44,675 bases of DNA from an uncultured bacterium. GTDB taxonomy: Bacteria > Deinococcota > Deinococci > Deinococcales > Trueperaceae. The notes below the pieces were generated by a model. It saw only the letters and a program-made list of their open reading frames with translations. It was not told the DNA's origin and searched no databases. Both the position numbers and the translations under genes were made by a program. Positions 8,814 to 18,014 of the stretch are shown piece by piece. The DNA lies in assembly GCA_964596625.1 (NCBI GenBank), contig CAZQVC010000001.1:1-44675 (forward strand). Reading direction: 5' to 3'. Position 1 is the stretch's first letter. Every line of letters starts with the position of its first letter.

Positions 8814-9396
8814 GGTCTCCTCCCCCGTCGCGGTCCCCCGCGGGCCCCGCGCCACCGCTCAGCGCACCCGCCCCCAGCAGCCGTTGGTAGGTGACTTCGG
8901 GGAGGGTCGTGAAGCTGGCGGCCTCGAGGGCGTCTCGCGTCAGCCGGTCGTCGTCCGCGATCGCGGCGACGAGCCGGTAGACACCTGCATCGTACGCGCT
9001 CTTGACCACGGCGGCCGTCAGGGCCGCCGCCACCGCCGCTGCCTCTGCGCTGCGCCGACCAGCGACCGCCACGCGCTCGAGGCGCACGACGGCGCGGGCG
9101 CCGCTCCAGACGGAGTGGGCCAGCGCGAAGCCTGCTATGTCGGCCTGCCCCGCCCCGGCCGTTGCGGCCAAGGAGACGGCCGGTGCGTCGTCGTGCCGGC
9201 GCGCCGCGACGAACGAGTGGCCGCTCCTCAGGTAGTAGTGCACGCTGGCCCGCTCGACGACGCGCTCCACCCCCAGCGCCCCCGCGTAACGCTCGTCGAG
9301 CTCGACGAGCTGCTCGAGATCGGCCAGCTCGAGCGGCCGGATGAGATGACGCTCGACGCGGGCTCCACGCTGCTCGAGGTCGGCGCTGCCCGTCAT
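8803..9396 (-). CDS. Hypothetical protein, possibly with an acyl-CoA N-acyltransferase (GNAT)-like fold
   Basis: 197-aa ORF with high GC3. Its ATG overlaps the moaC stop (ATGA). The layout IRPLELADLEQLVELD...FVA...AGFALA...LERVAVAG is GNAT-like, but the Q/RxxGxG motif is poor, so the function is weakly supported. Confidence 0.5.
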   Translation of the reverse strand: MTGSADLEQRGARVERHLIRPLELADLEQLVELDERYAGALGVERVVERASVHYYLRSGHSFVAARRHDDAPAVSLAATAGAGQADIAGFALAHSVWSGARAVVRLERVAVAGRRSAEAAAVAAALTAAVVKSAYDAGVYRLVAAIADDDRLTRDALEAASFTTLPEVTYQRLLGAGALSGGAGPAGDRDGGGDHDR

Positions 9397-9863
9397 TCGC
9401 GCCGCCACGAGCCCGTCCTGCCGCCGTCCTTGGCGACGAGTCGGGTGGCGACGATCTCCATCTCGTGGCCCGAGCTCTTGAGCATGTCGTAGAGCGTGAG
9501 CGCAGCCACGCTCGCCGCCACCAGAGCCTCCATCTCCACGCCCGTGCGCGAGCGCGTCGAACAGGTCGCCGTGAACCGCACGACGCCGTCCTCCAGCACG
9601 CCTTTGACAGCGACGTGCGTGAGGGGCAGCGGGTGACACAGCGGGATCAGGTCGGCGGTGCGCTTGGCCGCCATGATGCCGGCCAGCTCCGCGACGGCGA
9701 TCGGGTCGCCCTTGGCCGAGCTGACCGCGGCGCCGCTCGAGACCTGCTCGGCCAGCGCGGCCGGGAGCGTGAGCTGCGACTCGGCCACCGCCGTGCGGGA
9801 GGTCTCCGGCTTGTCGCCAACGTCGACCATCACCGGCTTGCCGCCCTCGAAGTGCCCGCTCAC
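9393..9863 (-). CDS. moaC: Cyclic pyranopterin monophosphate synthase MoaC
   Basis: Motifs MVDVGDKPETSRTAVA and DLIPLCHPLPLTHVAV are present. GTG 9863 fits homolog N-termini and has TATAAT plus a 7-nt spacer upstream. The track start, TTG 9899, is the alternative. Confidence 0.9.
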   Translation of the reverse strand: MSGHFEGGKPVMVDVGDKPETSRTAVAESQLTLPAALAEQVSSGAAVSSAKGDPIAVAELAGIMAAKRTADLIPLCHPLPLTHVAVKGVLEDGVVRFTATCSTRSRTGVEMEALVAASVAALTLYDMLKSSGHEMEIVATRLVAKDGGRTGSWRRE

Positions 9864-9870
9864 ACGCGCG

Positions 9871-9876
9871 ATTATA
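9871..9876 (-). promoter_or_regulatory. -10 box TATAAT, 7 nt before moaC GTG 9863
   Basis: A consensus hexamer in the 42-nt truA-moaC gap. There is no SD. Confidence 0.45.
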
Positions 9877-9905
9877 CGTTCACCACGGACGTTTCCCAAA
9901 GGCGG

Positions 9906-10688
9906 CTAGAGCACGAGCTCCCGCACTCGTCGCTCGGATAGCTCGGCGTCCCACGCGCCGTAACCGGCCTCGACGAAGTAGAGACCCTGCGGCCCGACGT
10001 TGTGCCCGGCGCGGCGGCGGTCGCGCGCGGCGAGGATGTCAGCCACGTCGTCGGGCGCGAGCTTGCCCTTGCCCACCCACAGGAGCGTGCCGACAACGGT
10101 CCTCACCATGTTGCGCAGGAAGCCGTCGGCGGCGATGTGCAGCCTCAGCTCCGTCGACTCCTCCCGGAGCTCGGCGAGGTGCACGGTGCGCGTTGTCGTG
10201 CGCGACTCCTGGGTAGCGAACGCGGCGAAGTCGTGACGGCCGAGGAGGTGGGCGGTAGCCGACTGCATGGCGCCGACGTCGAGCCTGCGGAAGACCGGCA
10301 GGACGCGGTCGCGCAGCAGAGCCAGTCCTCGAGGGTCGTCGCGCACGACCCTCAGGCGGTAGAGGTAGCGGCGGTAGAGGCAGGAGAACTGCGCCTCGAA
10401 GTCCCCGCCCACCGTCTCGACCTCCAGCACCACCACGTCGCGCGGCAGGTGCGCGTTGAGCGCGAGCCGCAGCCGCTCGTCGGCGATCTCGGAGGTGGTG
10501 TCGACGTGAGCGACCATGGCCAGCGCGTGGACGCCCGCGTCGGTGCGGCCGGCGCCGATGACGCTGCCGTGGTCGCCGGGCAGGCGCGCCATGGCCGCCT
10601 CGAGTTCGCCTTGCACGGTGCGCTCGCCGAACGGCTGGCGCTGCCAGCCCTGGAAGGCCGTCCCGTCGAACTCCAGCGTCAGCTTCAC
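9906..10688 (-). CDS. truA: tRNA pseudouridine(38-40) synthase TruA
   Basis: Motifs LTLEFDGTAFQGWQRQ and GAGRTDAGVHA are present. GTG 10688 gives the typical N-terminus. TTG 10742 is an alternative in-frame start. Confidence 0.9.
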   Translation of the reverse strand: MKLTLEFDGTAFQGWQRQPFGERTVQGELEAAMARLPGDHGSVIGAGRTDAGVHALAMVAHVDTTSEIADERLRLALNAHLPRDVVVLEVETVGGDFEAQFSCLYRRYLYRLRVVRDDPRGLALLRDRVLPVFRRLDVGAMQSATAHLLGRHDFAAFATQESRTTTRTVHLAELREESTELRLHIAADGFLRNMVRTVVGTLLWVGKGKLAPDDVADILAARDRRRAGHNVGPQGLYFVEAGYGAWDAELSERRVRELVL

Positions 10689-10731
10689 GCGCCGCCGCGG
10701 CGCCCCTCGCTCGCTCAAGCTCGAGTCCTCG

Positions 10732-11607
10732 TCACGTCGCAACCGTCCGCGCGCCCGGCCGGCCCCGCGTCAGGCCGGTGACGCGCCCCAGCCACGGCGC
10801 GAGCGCAGTGCCGCACAGGGCGACCCCGAAGTAGCGCGCGAAGGAGCCGAGCGCGCTGCGCTTGAGCTCCTCCGGCAGCAGGGCCGAGCTCGCCATCAGC
10901 GCGACGAAGACGAGGACGACCGCGATCAGGCCGAGCACCACGCGGCCGCCCAGCGGTCCGCTGGTGTCGTGCCTGATCAGCTCAGGACCGACCACGAACG
11001 CCGCGAGGCCGCCGAGAAGCAGCCCGGAGTCGGGTTGGGGGAAGAGCAGCTGGACCAGCAGCGGCAGCCCGAGGCCGAGAAGCAGCCTCGCGGGGCGGCC
11101 GAGGCGGATCTCCATGCGCTCGACCGCGACGCCGCAAGCGACGACGGCCAGGCCGATCAGCAGCCCGCCGACGATGTCGATCGGCAGGTGCACGCCGAGG
11201 TAGAGGCGCGACAGCGACACGGCGAGCACGATGACGGCCGCGAGCAGCGTGAACCACCGCTTCCTCACGTAGACGGCGGCGAGCCCCCAGAACGTCATGC
11301 TCGACTGCGCGTGGCCCGAAGGGAAGCCGTTGCCCAGCGCGGTGTCGACCGCCGCCTGGGAACGAGCCACCGTCTCGTCGATCTGGAACGGGCGCTGCGT
11401 GGCGAAGAGCTCCTTGAGGACCTGATTGAGGTAGAAGCCGAGCAGGAACACCAGTGCGAGGTTGCGGCCCTTCTCGGCGTCGACGACCACGAAGGCGACG
11501 ATGAGGAGCACGATGTAAGCCTGCTCGGAGCCGAGCTGGGTGACCCACAGCATGACGCTGTCGAGCGTCGGCGAGGCCACGCTCTGCAGCGCGTAGATGA
11601 GTTCCAT
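10732..11607 (-). CDS. PAP2 superfamily membrane phosphatase
   Basis: The PAP2 signature is present (KELFATQRP ... PSGH ... SRLYLGVHLPIDIVGG) with multiple TM segments. ATG 11607 is preceded by TAGAAT and a 7-nt spacer. The rest of the 628-aa track ORF is antisense to mnmE. Confidence 0.85.
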   Translation of the reverse strand: MELIYALQSVASPTLDSVMLWVTQLGSEQAYIVLLIVAFVVVDAEKGRNLALVFLLGFYLNQVLKELFATQRPFQIDETVARSQAAVDTALGNGFPSGHAQSSMTFWGLAAVYVRKRWFTLLAAVIVLAVSLSRLYLGVHLPIDIVGGLLIGLAVVACGVAVERMEIRLGRPARLLLGLGLPLLVQLLFPQPDSGLLLGGLAAFVVGPELIRHDTSGPLGGRVVLGLIAVVLVFVALMASSALLPEELKRSALGSFARYFGVALCGTALAPWLGRVTGLTRGRPGARTVAT

Positions 11608-11614
11608 GGCCGCG

Positions 11615-11620
11615 ATTCTA
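11615..11620 (-). promoter_or_regulatory. -10 box TAGAAT, 7 nt before the PAP2 ATG 11607
   Basis: Read directly. It lies in the divergent intergenic region shared with mnmE. Confidence 0.45.
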
Positions 11621-11721
11621 ACGTCGCGAGCCGCTCGTCTCCCCCCTTCGTCCAGGGGTCCGGAGGACGCTGGTCGCTTGCCGGGCTGCGCGTCTGGCGC
11701 CTTCGTGCGACCATTGTGAGG

Positions 11722-13113
11722 ATGGCTCTGCCGCCCAGCAACGACACCATCGCAGCGATCGCCTCCGCGCCCGGGAACGGGGCGATAGGCATCGTGCGGG
11801 TGTCGGGCCCGGAGTGCTACGCGGTGGCCGATCGGCTGTTCAGCAGCCGCGCCGGCCGCAAGCCCAGCGACTACCCTGCCGGCCGCGTGGTCTACGGGCG
11901 GGTGGTCGACATCGAGCGGGCGACGGCCGAGACGGTAGACGAGGCCTTGCTGCTGACCTTCAGGGGCCCTTCGTCGTACACCGGGCAGGACGTCGTGGAG
12001 CTGCAGACCCACGGCGGCCCCGCCGTGCTGCGCCGCGTGCTCGAGCTGTGCGTGACGGCCGGAGCGCGCCTCGCTGGTCCGGGGGAGTTCACGCTGCGGG
12101 CCTACCTCAACGGCCGGCTCGACCTCGCCCAGGCGGAGGGCGTGCTCGACCTCGTCAACGCCGCGACGCAGAGCGCCAGGCGCAACGCCGCGAGCGGGTT
12201 GAGCGGCGCCTTGAGTCGCCGCATCGACGACATCCAGACCGACGTCACCAGCGCGTACGCGGCCGTCCAGGCGGCCTTCGACTATCCCGAGGAGGGCGTA
12301 CCGGAGGCCCAGCTCGAGGCGCCGCTCACCAGGGCGGTCGCGCAGCTCGACGAGCTGCTGGCCACCGCGGAGGCGGGACGCCTGAGCCGCAACGGCGCCC
12401 GCCTGGCGCTGATCGGCAGGCCCAACGCCGGCAAGTCGAGCCTGCTCAACGCGCTGCTTGGCTACCAGCGCTCCTTGGTCAGCGACCTGCCAGGCACGAC
12501 GAGGGACTACCTGGAGGCGCCGCTGGTGGTGGCAGGCGTCCCGCTTACCCTCATCGACACCGCGGGCATCCGCCTGACGGACGACCGCCTCGAGGCGAGC
12601 GGGGTCGACCTCACCCACCAGGTCTCGGCGTCGGCCGACCTCAGGATCGTGCTGGTCGACCGCTCACAGCCGCTGAGCGAGGTCGACGAGGAGCTGCTGG
12701 CCAGCGTCGTCGCGGTCGACGCGGAAGAGGGCGGCGCGGCCGTGGTGGTCGCCAGCAAGGCCGACCTGCCGCCGGCCTGGGAGGAGCGCGCTCTCGCCAC
12801 GCGGTTGGGCGACGTGCCGCTGGTCTCCGTCTCGGCGGTCACGCACGCTGGCCTCGACGGGCTCAAGGACGCGCTGAGCGCCGAGCTGTTGGGCGGCGCG
12901 GCCAGCGCGGAGCTGTGGATCGGCAACGAGCGTCACGTCCAGGCGCTGGAAGCGGCCCGCGCGCACGTCCTGGCGGCCCTCGAGGGCAGCCACGACCTCG
13001 CCGCGCTGGAGCTGCAGGACGCCATCGCCGACCTGGCCTCGGTCACCGGCAGGGAGGGCGTGGCCGAAGAGACCCTGGCCGCGATCTTCGCGAACTTCTG
13101 CGTCGGGAAGTGA
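11722..13113 (+). CDS. mnmE: tRNA uridine-5-carboxymethylaminomethyl modification GTPase MnmE
   Basis: N-terminus DTIAAIASAPGNGAIGIVRVSG, G-domain GRPNAGKSSLLNAL / DTAGIR, and the C-terminal FCVGK tetrapeptide. Confidence 0.95.
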   Translation: MALPPSNDTIAAIASAPGNGAIGIVRVSGPECYAVADRLFSSRAGRKPSDYPAGRVVYGRVVDIERATAETVDEALLLTFRGPSSYTGQDVVELQTHGGPAVLRRVLELCVTAGARLAGPGEFTLRAYLNGRLDLAQAEGVLDLVNAATQSARRNAASGLSGALSRRIDDIQTDVTSAYAAVQAAFDYPEEGVPEAQLEAPLTRAVAQLDELLATAEAGRLSRNGARLALIGRPNAGKSSLLNALLGYQRSLVSDLPGTTRDYLEAPLVVAGVPLTLIDTAGIRLTDDRLEASGVDLTHQVSASADLRIVLVDRSQPLSEVDEELLASVVAVDAEEGGAAVVVASKADLPPAWEERALATRLGDVPLVSVSAVTHAGLDGLKDALSAELLGGAASAELWIGNERHVQALEAARAHVLAALEGSHDLAALELQDAIADLASVTGREGVAEETLAAIFANFCVGK

Positions 13114-13132
13114 GCAGCGGCGGCGCCGCGCG

Positions 13133-13639
13133 TCAGGCGACGACCGTGCTGACGCCGGCGGCCCGCGAGACGGCTGCGGGCAGCTGGGCCGTGATCTTGC
13201 GCAGCACCGACGTCGCCGTGAACTCGATCATGCGGACCAGCGCCTGCGTGCCCCAGCGCTCAGCCGGCGGCAAGCGCAGGTGCACGGTGACCTGGAAGGA
13301 GTAGTCGAGCCGCCGCTGGCGGCCCTCTTCGCTGACCCTGGCCTCTCCCGCGACCTCGGCCCAGCCGGGGCCGTTCGGCTCGATGCCGATCGGGACGAGC
13401 CTGGCGCCGTCCGGCGTGAGGTGCAGCTCGCTGCGGAAGGGCAGCTCGCGTTGCCCGAACATCGCGGCCGAGACGGGGATGGCCGCGCAGACGACGGGCG
13501 GGTCGCCGACCAGCACCTGCAGCTCGGCCAGGAAGTCGGCGTAGCGCAAGGAGGCCGGCACGTCTACGACGAACGCCTTCGCCTCGGCCAAGCTCATCGG
13601 GCTGAGCAGCGAGAAGCTGACCTCGTGGGTCAGGTCCAT
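13133..13639 (-). CDS. Hypothetical protein (168 aa)
   Basis: Clean ORF with high GC3 and no motif recognised. The alpha/beta pattern could fit an SRPBCC-like fold; this is inference only. Confidence 0.6.
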   Translation of the reverse strand: MDLTHEVSFSLLSPMSLAEAKAFVVDVPASLRYADFLAELQVLVGDPPVVCAAIPVSAAMFGQRELPFRSELHLTPDGARLVPIGIEPNGPGWAEVAGEARVSEEGRQRRLDYSFQVTVHLRLPPAERWGTQALVRMIEFTATSVLRKITAQLPAAVSRAAGVSTVVA

Positions 13640-13700
13640 GAGCGACCGCCGGGGCTCACTGGAGCCAGTCGCGAAGCGCAGCGCTCGACACGTGGCGACA

Positions 13701-14108
13701 TCAGCGCTCGCCCCTCAGCCTCGGACCGACCCACTCGACGCGCAACGAACCCTCCTGGATGGCGGCCTCCACCTCCGCGTCGCTGGCGCTGCGCAAGCGG
13801 GGCAGCTCCTGGAACAGCGCGGCGCTCGACGGCAAGCCCACGCGCACCGTGACGGGCCCGTCGTCGGCCACCCGGCCGATGCGCCAGAGCAGGTTGGAAG
13901 CCAGGTCGTCGAGCAGCTCCGGGCTCACCGTCTCAGCGACTTCGGCCTCGGCGCGCGCTCCGCGATCGGACGCGGCGAACTCGCCTTGGCGCTCGTCGCT
14001 CACGGCGACGGCCTCCACGACCTGGCGGAGGGCAGCGTGCTGTGCGCGTGAGTCGCGGTCATCTTGTCTAAAGCCTACTCCATCGCGTGGGGCGCCCCCG
14101 GCTCTCAT
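13701..14108 (-). CDS. Hypothetical protein (~100-135 aa, start uncertain)
   Basis: The C-terminal ~100 codons have high GC3 and plausible composition (LLDDLASNLLWRIGRVADDGPVTVRVGLP...). ATG codons at 14108 and 14117 lack a clear SD or -10. The track ORF extension to 14540 is antisense to htrA. Confidence 0.45.
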   Translation of the reverse strand: MRAGGAPRDGVGFRQDDRDSRAQHAALRQVVEAVAVSDERQGEFAASDRGARAEAEVAETVSPELLDDLASNLLWRIGRVADDGPVTVRVGLPSSAALFQELPRLRSASDAEVEAAIQEGSLRVEWVGPRLRGER

Positions 14109-14184
14109 AATCCTCATCCGTCGCTTTGGGGCGCTTAACCGGCGGTCGTTACCCTCACCTGTTGGTAGAAGGGAAGGGATCGTC

Positions 14185-15480
14185 TTGACGCGCAACCGCG
14201 TACCTTTGTACATCACCGTTCTCGCTCTGGCCGCCCTGGCCGCCGTGGCCGTGTGGCCGTCGCGGCCCGTCGCCGCCCAGGGGGCCGTGACGCCTCCCAG
14301 TGCCACCTCGGCCCTGCTCGAGGACGAACGCAACACCATCGACATCGTCGACGCGCTGGGTGACAGCGTAGTGGCTGTGAACGTCGAGGTCAGGGGCGAA
14401 CGGGTGAACCCGTTCGAGGACGTCCTGCCGTTCCTGCCCGAACAGTTCCGCGACCTCATCCCGCAGCAACGCACGCCGCAGACCAGGCAGAGCTCAGGCT
14501 CGGGCTTCGTCGTCGACTCCGACGGCCGGATCATCACCAACTACCACGTGGTTCGCGGAGCGCTGGAGTCCGACTCCGTGGAGTTGCGCTCGGGTGGCTC
14601 GATCACCGTGGTCTTCCCCAGCTCCGAGGACGAGTTCGACGTGCGGGTCGTGGGCGCCAACCCCGACTACGACCTCGCGCTGCTCGAGCTCGAGGACCCC
14701 GGCGGCCTGCCCGAGGAGGTCACGCCCATCGAGCTCGCCGACTCCGACACCGCGATGGTGGGTCAGAAGGTCATCGCCATCGGCAACCCGTTCGGCCTGC
14801 AGTCGTCCGTGTCGCAAGGCATCATCTCGGCCATCGGCCGCGAGCTCCCCTCGATCGGGCGCGTCGAGATCCAGATGATCCAGACCGACGCCGCCATCAA
14901 CCCCGGGAACTCGGGCGGTCCGCTGCTCGACTCATCCGGCCGCCTCATCGGCGTCAACACGATGATCGTGCCGGGGATGACGACGGCCGGCACGGCCGGC
15001 AACATCGGGATCGGCTTCGCGGTGCCGAGCGCGTTGCTCGCCGAGACCCTGCCCGACCTGGTCGAGGGCGGCCTGATCGGCTTCTACGCGGGGACGATCG
15101 ACATCGTCAACCGGCCGCGCATCGGCATCAGCGGCATCTCGCTAGAGGAGTTCCCTGACCAGGCGAGAGAGGCCCTCAACCTGCCGGAGGACGGCGTCGT
15201 CGTCATCGAGGTAGCGCCCAACAGCCCGGCGGAAGAGGCCGGGATCGTGGGCCCGCAGTACGAAGCAAACTTCGGCAACCAGGTCTTCCCCGCCGGCGGC
15301 GACATCATCATCGGCGCGAACGGCGACCCCGTCACCGAGATCGCCGACCTGCAACGCCTGGTCCTGGCCGGCCAGGAGGGCGACGAGCTGCAGCTCGAGG
15401 TGTGGCGCAACGGCGACGTCCGCGACGTCTCGCTCACGCTGCAGGTGGTCGACAGCGGCCAGGAGAGCGATCAGGAGTAG
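14185..15480 (+). CDS. htrA: HtrA/DegP-family trypsin-like serine protease with a C-terminal PDZ domain
   Basis: Motifs GSGFVVDSDGRIITNYHVV, DLALLE and TDAAINPGNSGGPLLD are present, with a PDZ-like tail. A TTG start sits behind GAAGGGAAGGGA, followed by a signal peptide (ITVLALAALAAVAVWPSRPVAAQG). Confidence 0.9.
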   Translation: MTRNRVPLYITVLALAALAAVAVWPSRPVAAQGAVTPPSATSALLEDERNTIDIVDALGDSVVAVNVEVRGERVNPFEDVLPFLPEQFRDLIPQQRTPQTRQSSGSGFVVDSDGRIITNYHVVRGALESDSVELRSGGSITVVFPSSEDEFDVRVVGANPDYDLALLELEDPGGLPEEVTPIELADSDTAMVGQKVIAIGNPFGLQSSVSQGIISAIGRELPSIGRVEIQMIQTDAAINPGNSGGPLLDSSGRLIGVNTMIVPGMTTAGTAGNIGIGFAVPSALLAETLPDLVEGGLIGFYAGTIDIVNRPRIGISGISLEEFPDQAREALNLPEDGVVVIEVAPNSPAEEAGIVGPQYEANFGNQVFPAGGDIIIGANGDPVTEIADLQRLVLAGQEGDELQLEVWRNGDVRDVSLTLQVVDSGQESDQE

Positions 15481-15530
15481 GGCGGCAGGGCCCCCGAGCC
15501 CACGAGGCCTGCGAGTTCGAGGGCCGAGCC

Positions 15531-15573
15531 GCGCCGTGGACCGGGGCCGTATATCGGCCGCGCTCCACGGCGC
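15531..15573 (+). terminator. Long hairpin downstream of htrA (10-bp outer stem GCGCCGTGGA/TCCACGGCGC, inner GGCCG-TATAT-CGGCC), no T-run
   Basis: The inverted repeat was read directly, 51 nt after the htrA stop. A second 6-bp hairpin lies at 15599-15617. Confidence 0.3.
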
Positions 15574-15626
15574 TTCGGGCGGCAGTCTCGACGCCCGCGG
15601 GGCTCTCAAGAAGCCCCATACTGCCG

Positions 15627-15635
15627 TGATAGAGT
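15627..15635 (+). promoter_or_regulatory. Extended -10 TGaTAGAGT, 7 nt before the patatin ATG 15643
   Basis: Read directly. There is no SD. Confidence 0.5.
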
Positions 15636-15642
15636 CCGCGTA

Positions 15643-16719
15643 ATGGAGCGTCCTGGACGACATATCTGCGTCGGGTTGGTGCTTTCGGGCGGCGGCGCAA
15701 GAGGCTTCGCGCACATCGGCGTACTGCGAGCCCTGGAGCGCGCCGGCGCGAAGATCGACGTCGTCGCCGGCACCTCGATGGGGGCCGTGCTAGGGGCGCT
15801 GTTCGCCGCCGGCAAGACCGCCGACGAGATCTACGAGATCGCCCTCAACACCAGTTGGCGCGACGTCGTCGACATCTCGCTTCAGGCTGGGCTGATCAAG
15901 GGCGACCGCTTCGAGAGCTTCATCGCCAACCACCTGCCGGCGACGTTCGAGGAGCTCGAGCTGCCGTTCGCGGTCACCACCACCGACATCGAGACCGGCG
16001 AGGACGTGCTCATCACCGAAGGCGACCTGGTCAAGGCCATCAGGGCGTCGAGCAGCTTCCCCGGCGCCATCGAGCCGATCCAGTACCTCGGTCGTACGCT
16101 GGCCGACGGCGGCATCGTGAACAACCTGCCGGTCTCGGCCGCCACGGTCCTCGGCGCCAACCGCACGGTGGCGTCCGACGTCACCTCGGCTCGCCACTCG
16201 ATCTACAAGACCCCCGACGAGGAGGGCAACTGGTGGGAGCGCATGGTCGCGACCGTCAAGCTGGAGCGGCGCAACCCCATGCTGCAGATGCTGCTGCGCA
16301 GCAGCGACATCATGCAGTCGATCCTGGTCGACATCCACGCCAGCCTGCACCCACCCGACCTGCGCATCCGCATGCCGATGCCGCAGTACCGCATCGAGTC
16401 GTTCAAGGACTTCGAGGACATCGTCGAGATCGGCGAGCGCACCGCCGAGGCGACCCTGGCAGCCAGGGGCGGCTGGGAGACCTGCATGCTGCTCGGCAAG
16501 GAGCTCGAGCAGCTGGTGGAGGGCAACGGCGGGAGCTTGCCGGAGGCCTCCAAGAGCCCGAAGGCCCTGCCGCCTGACGAGGGCGAGCGGGAAGAGCCGA
16601 CGGCGGAAGACGAGGGTCAGCCGGGTCAGGTCGACGTCAAGAAGACGGCCCGTCACCTGGTAAGCGCCGTCGCCCGCGCCGCCAACAAGCGCAGCAAGCC
16701 GGGCCGACCCCCGCGCTGA
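15643..16719 (+). CDS. Patatin-like phospholipase (RssA-like)
   Basis: Motifs GLVLSGGGARGFAHIGVLRALE and GTSMGA (nucleophile elbow), plus a DGG-type Asp motif (LADGGIVNNLP). TGaTAGAGT and a 7-nt spacer lie upstream of the ATG. Confidence 0.9.
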   Translation: MERPGRHICVGLVLSGGGARGFAHIGVLRALERAGAKIDVVAGTSMGAVLGALFAAGKTADEIYEIALNTSWRDVVDISLQAGLIKGDRFESFIANHLPATFEELELPFAVTTTDIETGEDVLITEGDLVKAIRASSSFPGAIEPIQYLGRTLADGGIVNNLPVSAATVLGANRTVASDVTSARHSIYKTPDEEGNWWERMVATVKLERRNPMLQMLLRSSDIMQSILVDIHASLHPPDLRIRMPMPQYRIESFKDFEDIVEIGERTAEATLAARGGWETCMLLGKELEQLVEGNGGSLPEASKSPKALPPDEGEREEPTAEDEGQPGQVDVKKTARHLVSAVARAANKRSKPGRPPR

Positions 16720-16724
16720 CCCCA

Positions 16725-17372
16725 GTGGCCGAAAGTACCGCCCCCAGCGCGTCGGCCTTCGGCAGCGCCGCGCGCACCGCGCGCGAAGGCACGCTGCGGT
16801 CGCTCGGCGCCGTAGCCCTGGGCGTGGCCCTCGGTTGGCTGATCGTGACCTACGTGGCGACCGCGGCGCTGGTCGACGGCAGCAGCATGGAGCCGACCCT
16901 GCACGACGGCGACCTCGTGGTGCTGTTGAGACCGGGGTTCGCGCGCCTGGTTGACCGCCTGTTCGACCCCGCGGCCGGCGGGAGCCGGCTAACGGAGCGG
17001 CACGCTGGCTACGCCCCCGGGGACGTGGTCGCGCTGGCGCTCCGAGCCGGCACGACCGCTGGCAGCACCGGCGAGCGCAGCAGCGGCACCGTGCTCAAGC
17101 GCGTCGTCGCGGTCGGTCCCGCCACCGTGTCCATGACCTCGGGTTATCTGACGGTCGATGGCAGGCCGGTCTCGCTAGGCTCGCACGCGGGCTACGTCGG
17201 CACCGACGACCTGGCGCCGGTGAGCGTGGCGCCTGGGGAGCTGTTCGCGCTCGGCGACAACCGCAGGCCGCTGGCCAGCCGCGACTCGCGTCACTACGGA
17301 CCCGTCGCGGGGTCGGCCGTGCGCGGTCGCGTGCTGGCCTCGGTCCCGCTAGGCGGACTGCTCGCCCGCTGA
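16725..17372 (+). CDS. lepB: Signal peptidase I
   Basis: Motifs DGSSMEPTLHDGDLVV (Ser box), VLKRVVAVGP (Lys box) and GDNRRPLASRDSRHYGPV, with an N-terminal TM segment. Confidence 0.85.
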   Translation: MAESTAPSASAFGSAARTAREGTLRSLGAVALGVALGWLIVTYVATAALVDGSSMEPTLHDGDLVVLLRPGFARLVDRLFDPAAGGSRLTERHAGYAPGDVVALALRAGTTAGSTGERSSGTVLKRVVAVGPATVSMTSGYLTVDGRPVSLGSHAGYVGTDDLAPVSVAPGELFALGDNRRPLASRDSRHYGPVAGSAVRGRVLASVPLGGLLAR

Positions 17373-17966
17373 ACTCACTGCCTGTGCCGGCTCTCCCGCC
17401 AGGCCCAGCTCCTCGGCTCTCGCCTGCATGGCCTCGAGCACGAACTGCACGTGGTCCCACAGGTCGACGCCGAGCTCCTCGGCGCCTCTCTTGACGTCTT
17501 CGCGATCGACACCCCGCGCGAACGCCTTGTCCTTGAACTTCTTCTTCAGGCTCTTGAGGGTCAACCCCCCGATGTCCTTGTCTGGTCGCACCAGGACGGC
17601 GGCGGTGATCAGCCCGGTGAGCTCGTCGCAGGCGTAGAGCACCTTGGCCATGAGGCTCTCCCGAGGGACGCCGCTGAAGTCGGCGTGCCCCAGGATGGCG
17701 TCGGTGATCTCCTTGGGGTAGCCGCGCGCGGTTAGCTCGCGCACGCCGACGAACGGGTGGCCGTCCTCGCCCTGCTCCGCCAGCGGGTGGCGCTCGTAGT
17801 CGAAGTCGTGCAGTATCGCGGCGACCGCCCACTGCTCCTCGTCGGCGCCGTACTTGCGGGCGTAGGCGACGACAGCAGCCTCAACGGCGAGCATGTGCTT
17901 GCGCAGACTCGGCGACTGCGTCCACTCCTCCATCAGGGCCACGGCTTGTTCACGTGTCGGGGTCAT
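17349..17966 (-). CDS. HD-domain phosphohydrolase
   Basis: The motif LHDFDYERH is present, with H...HD...D spacing. ATG 17966 gives MTPTREQAVALMEEW and has TACAGT 5 nt upstream. Convergent 24-nt overlap with lepB. Confidence 0.8.
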   Translation of the reverse strand: MTPTREQAVALMEEWTQSPSLRKHMLAVEAAVVAYARKYGADEEQWAVAAILHDFDYERHPLAEQGEDGHPFVGVRELTARGYPKEITDAILGHADFSGVPRESLMAKVLYACDELTGLITAAVLVRPDKDIGGLTLKSLKKKFKDKAFARGVDREDVKRGAEELGVDLWDHVQFVLEAMQARAEELGLAGEPAQAVSSAGEQSA

Positions 17967-18014
17967 GACCGACTGTAACCAGTGGCGGCGGGGGGTCGAC
18001 CTATACTCGCGGCT

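Noticed and set aside
9397-9639. A 5' extension of ORF 8803-9639 overlapping moaC.
   Set aside because: The extension is Arg/Gly-rich and overlaps the well-supported moaC frame. ATG 9396 overlaps the moaC stop (ATGA), a common coupling arrangement in this window.
10516-11721. A 5' extension of the mnmE ORF, giving the 865-aa track ORF.
   Set aside because: It is antisense to the truA and PAP2 genes and highly charged (R/E/D/Q). MnmE homology begins at ATG 11722 (MALPPSNDTIAAIAS).
11608-12618. A 5' extension of the PAP2 ORF, giving the 628-aa track ORF.
   Set aside because: It is antisense to mnmE with no motifs. ATG 11607 has a -10 box at the leaderless spacing, and the PAP2 domain is complete from there.
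15643-16719. The patatin phospholipase as a possible CBASS or other defence effector.
   Set aside because: No cyclase, nucleotidyltransferase, E1/E2/JAB or other defence-type genes are adjacent. The neighbours are htrA and lepB (housekeeping envelope genes), and the protein looks like an RssA-type lipase.
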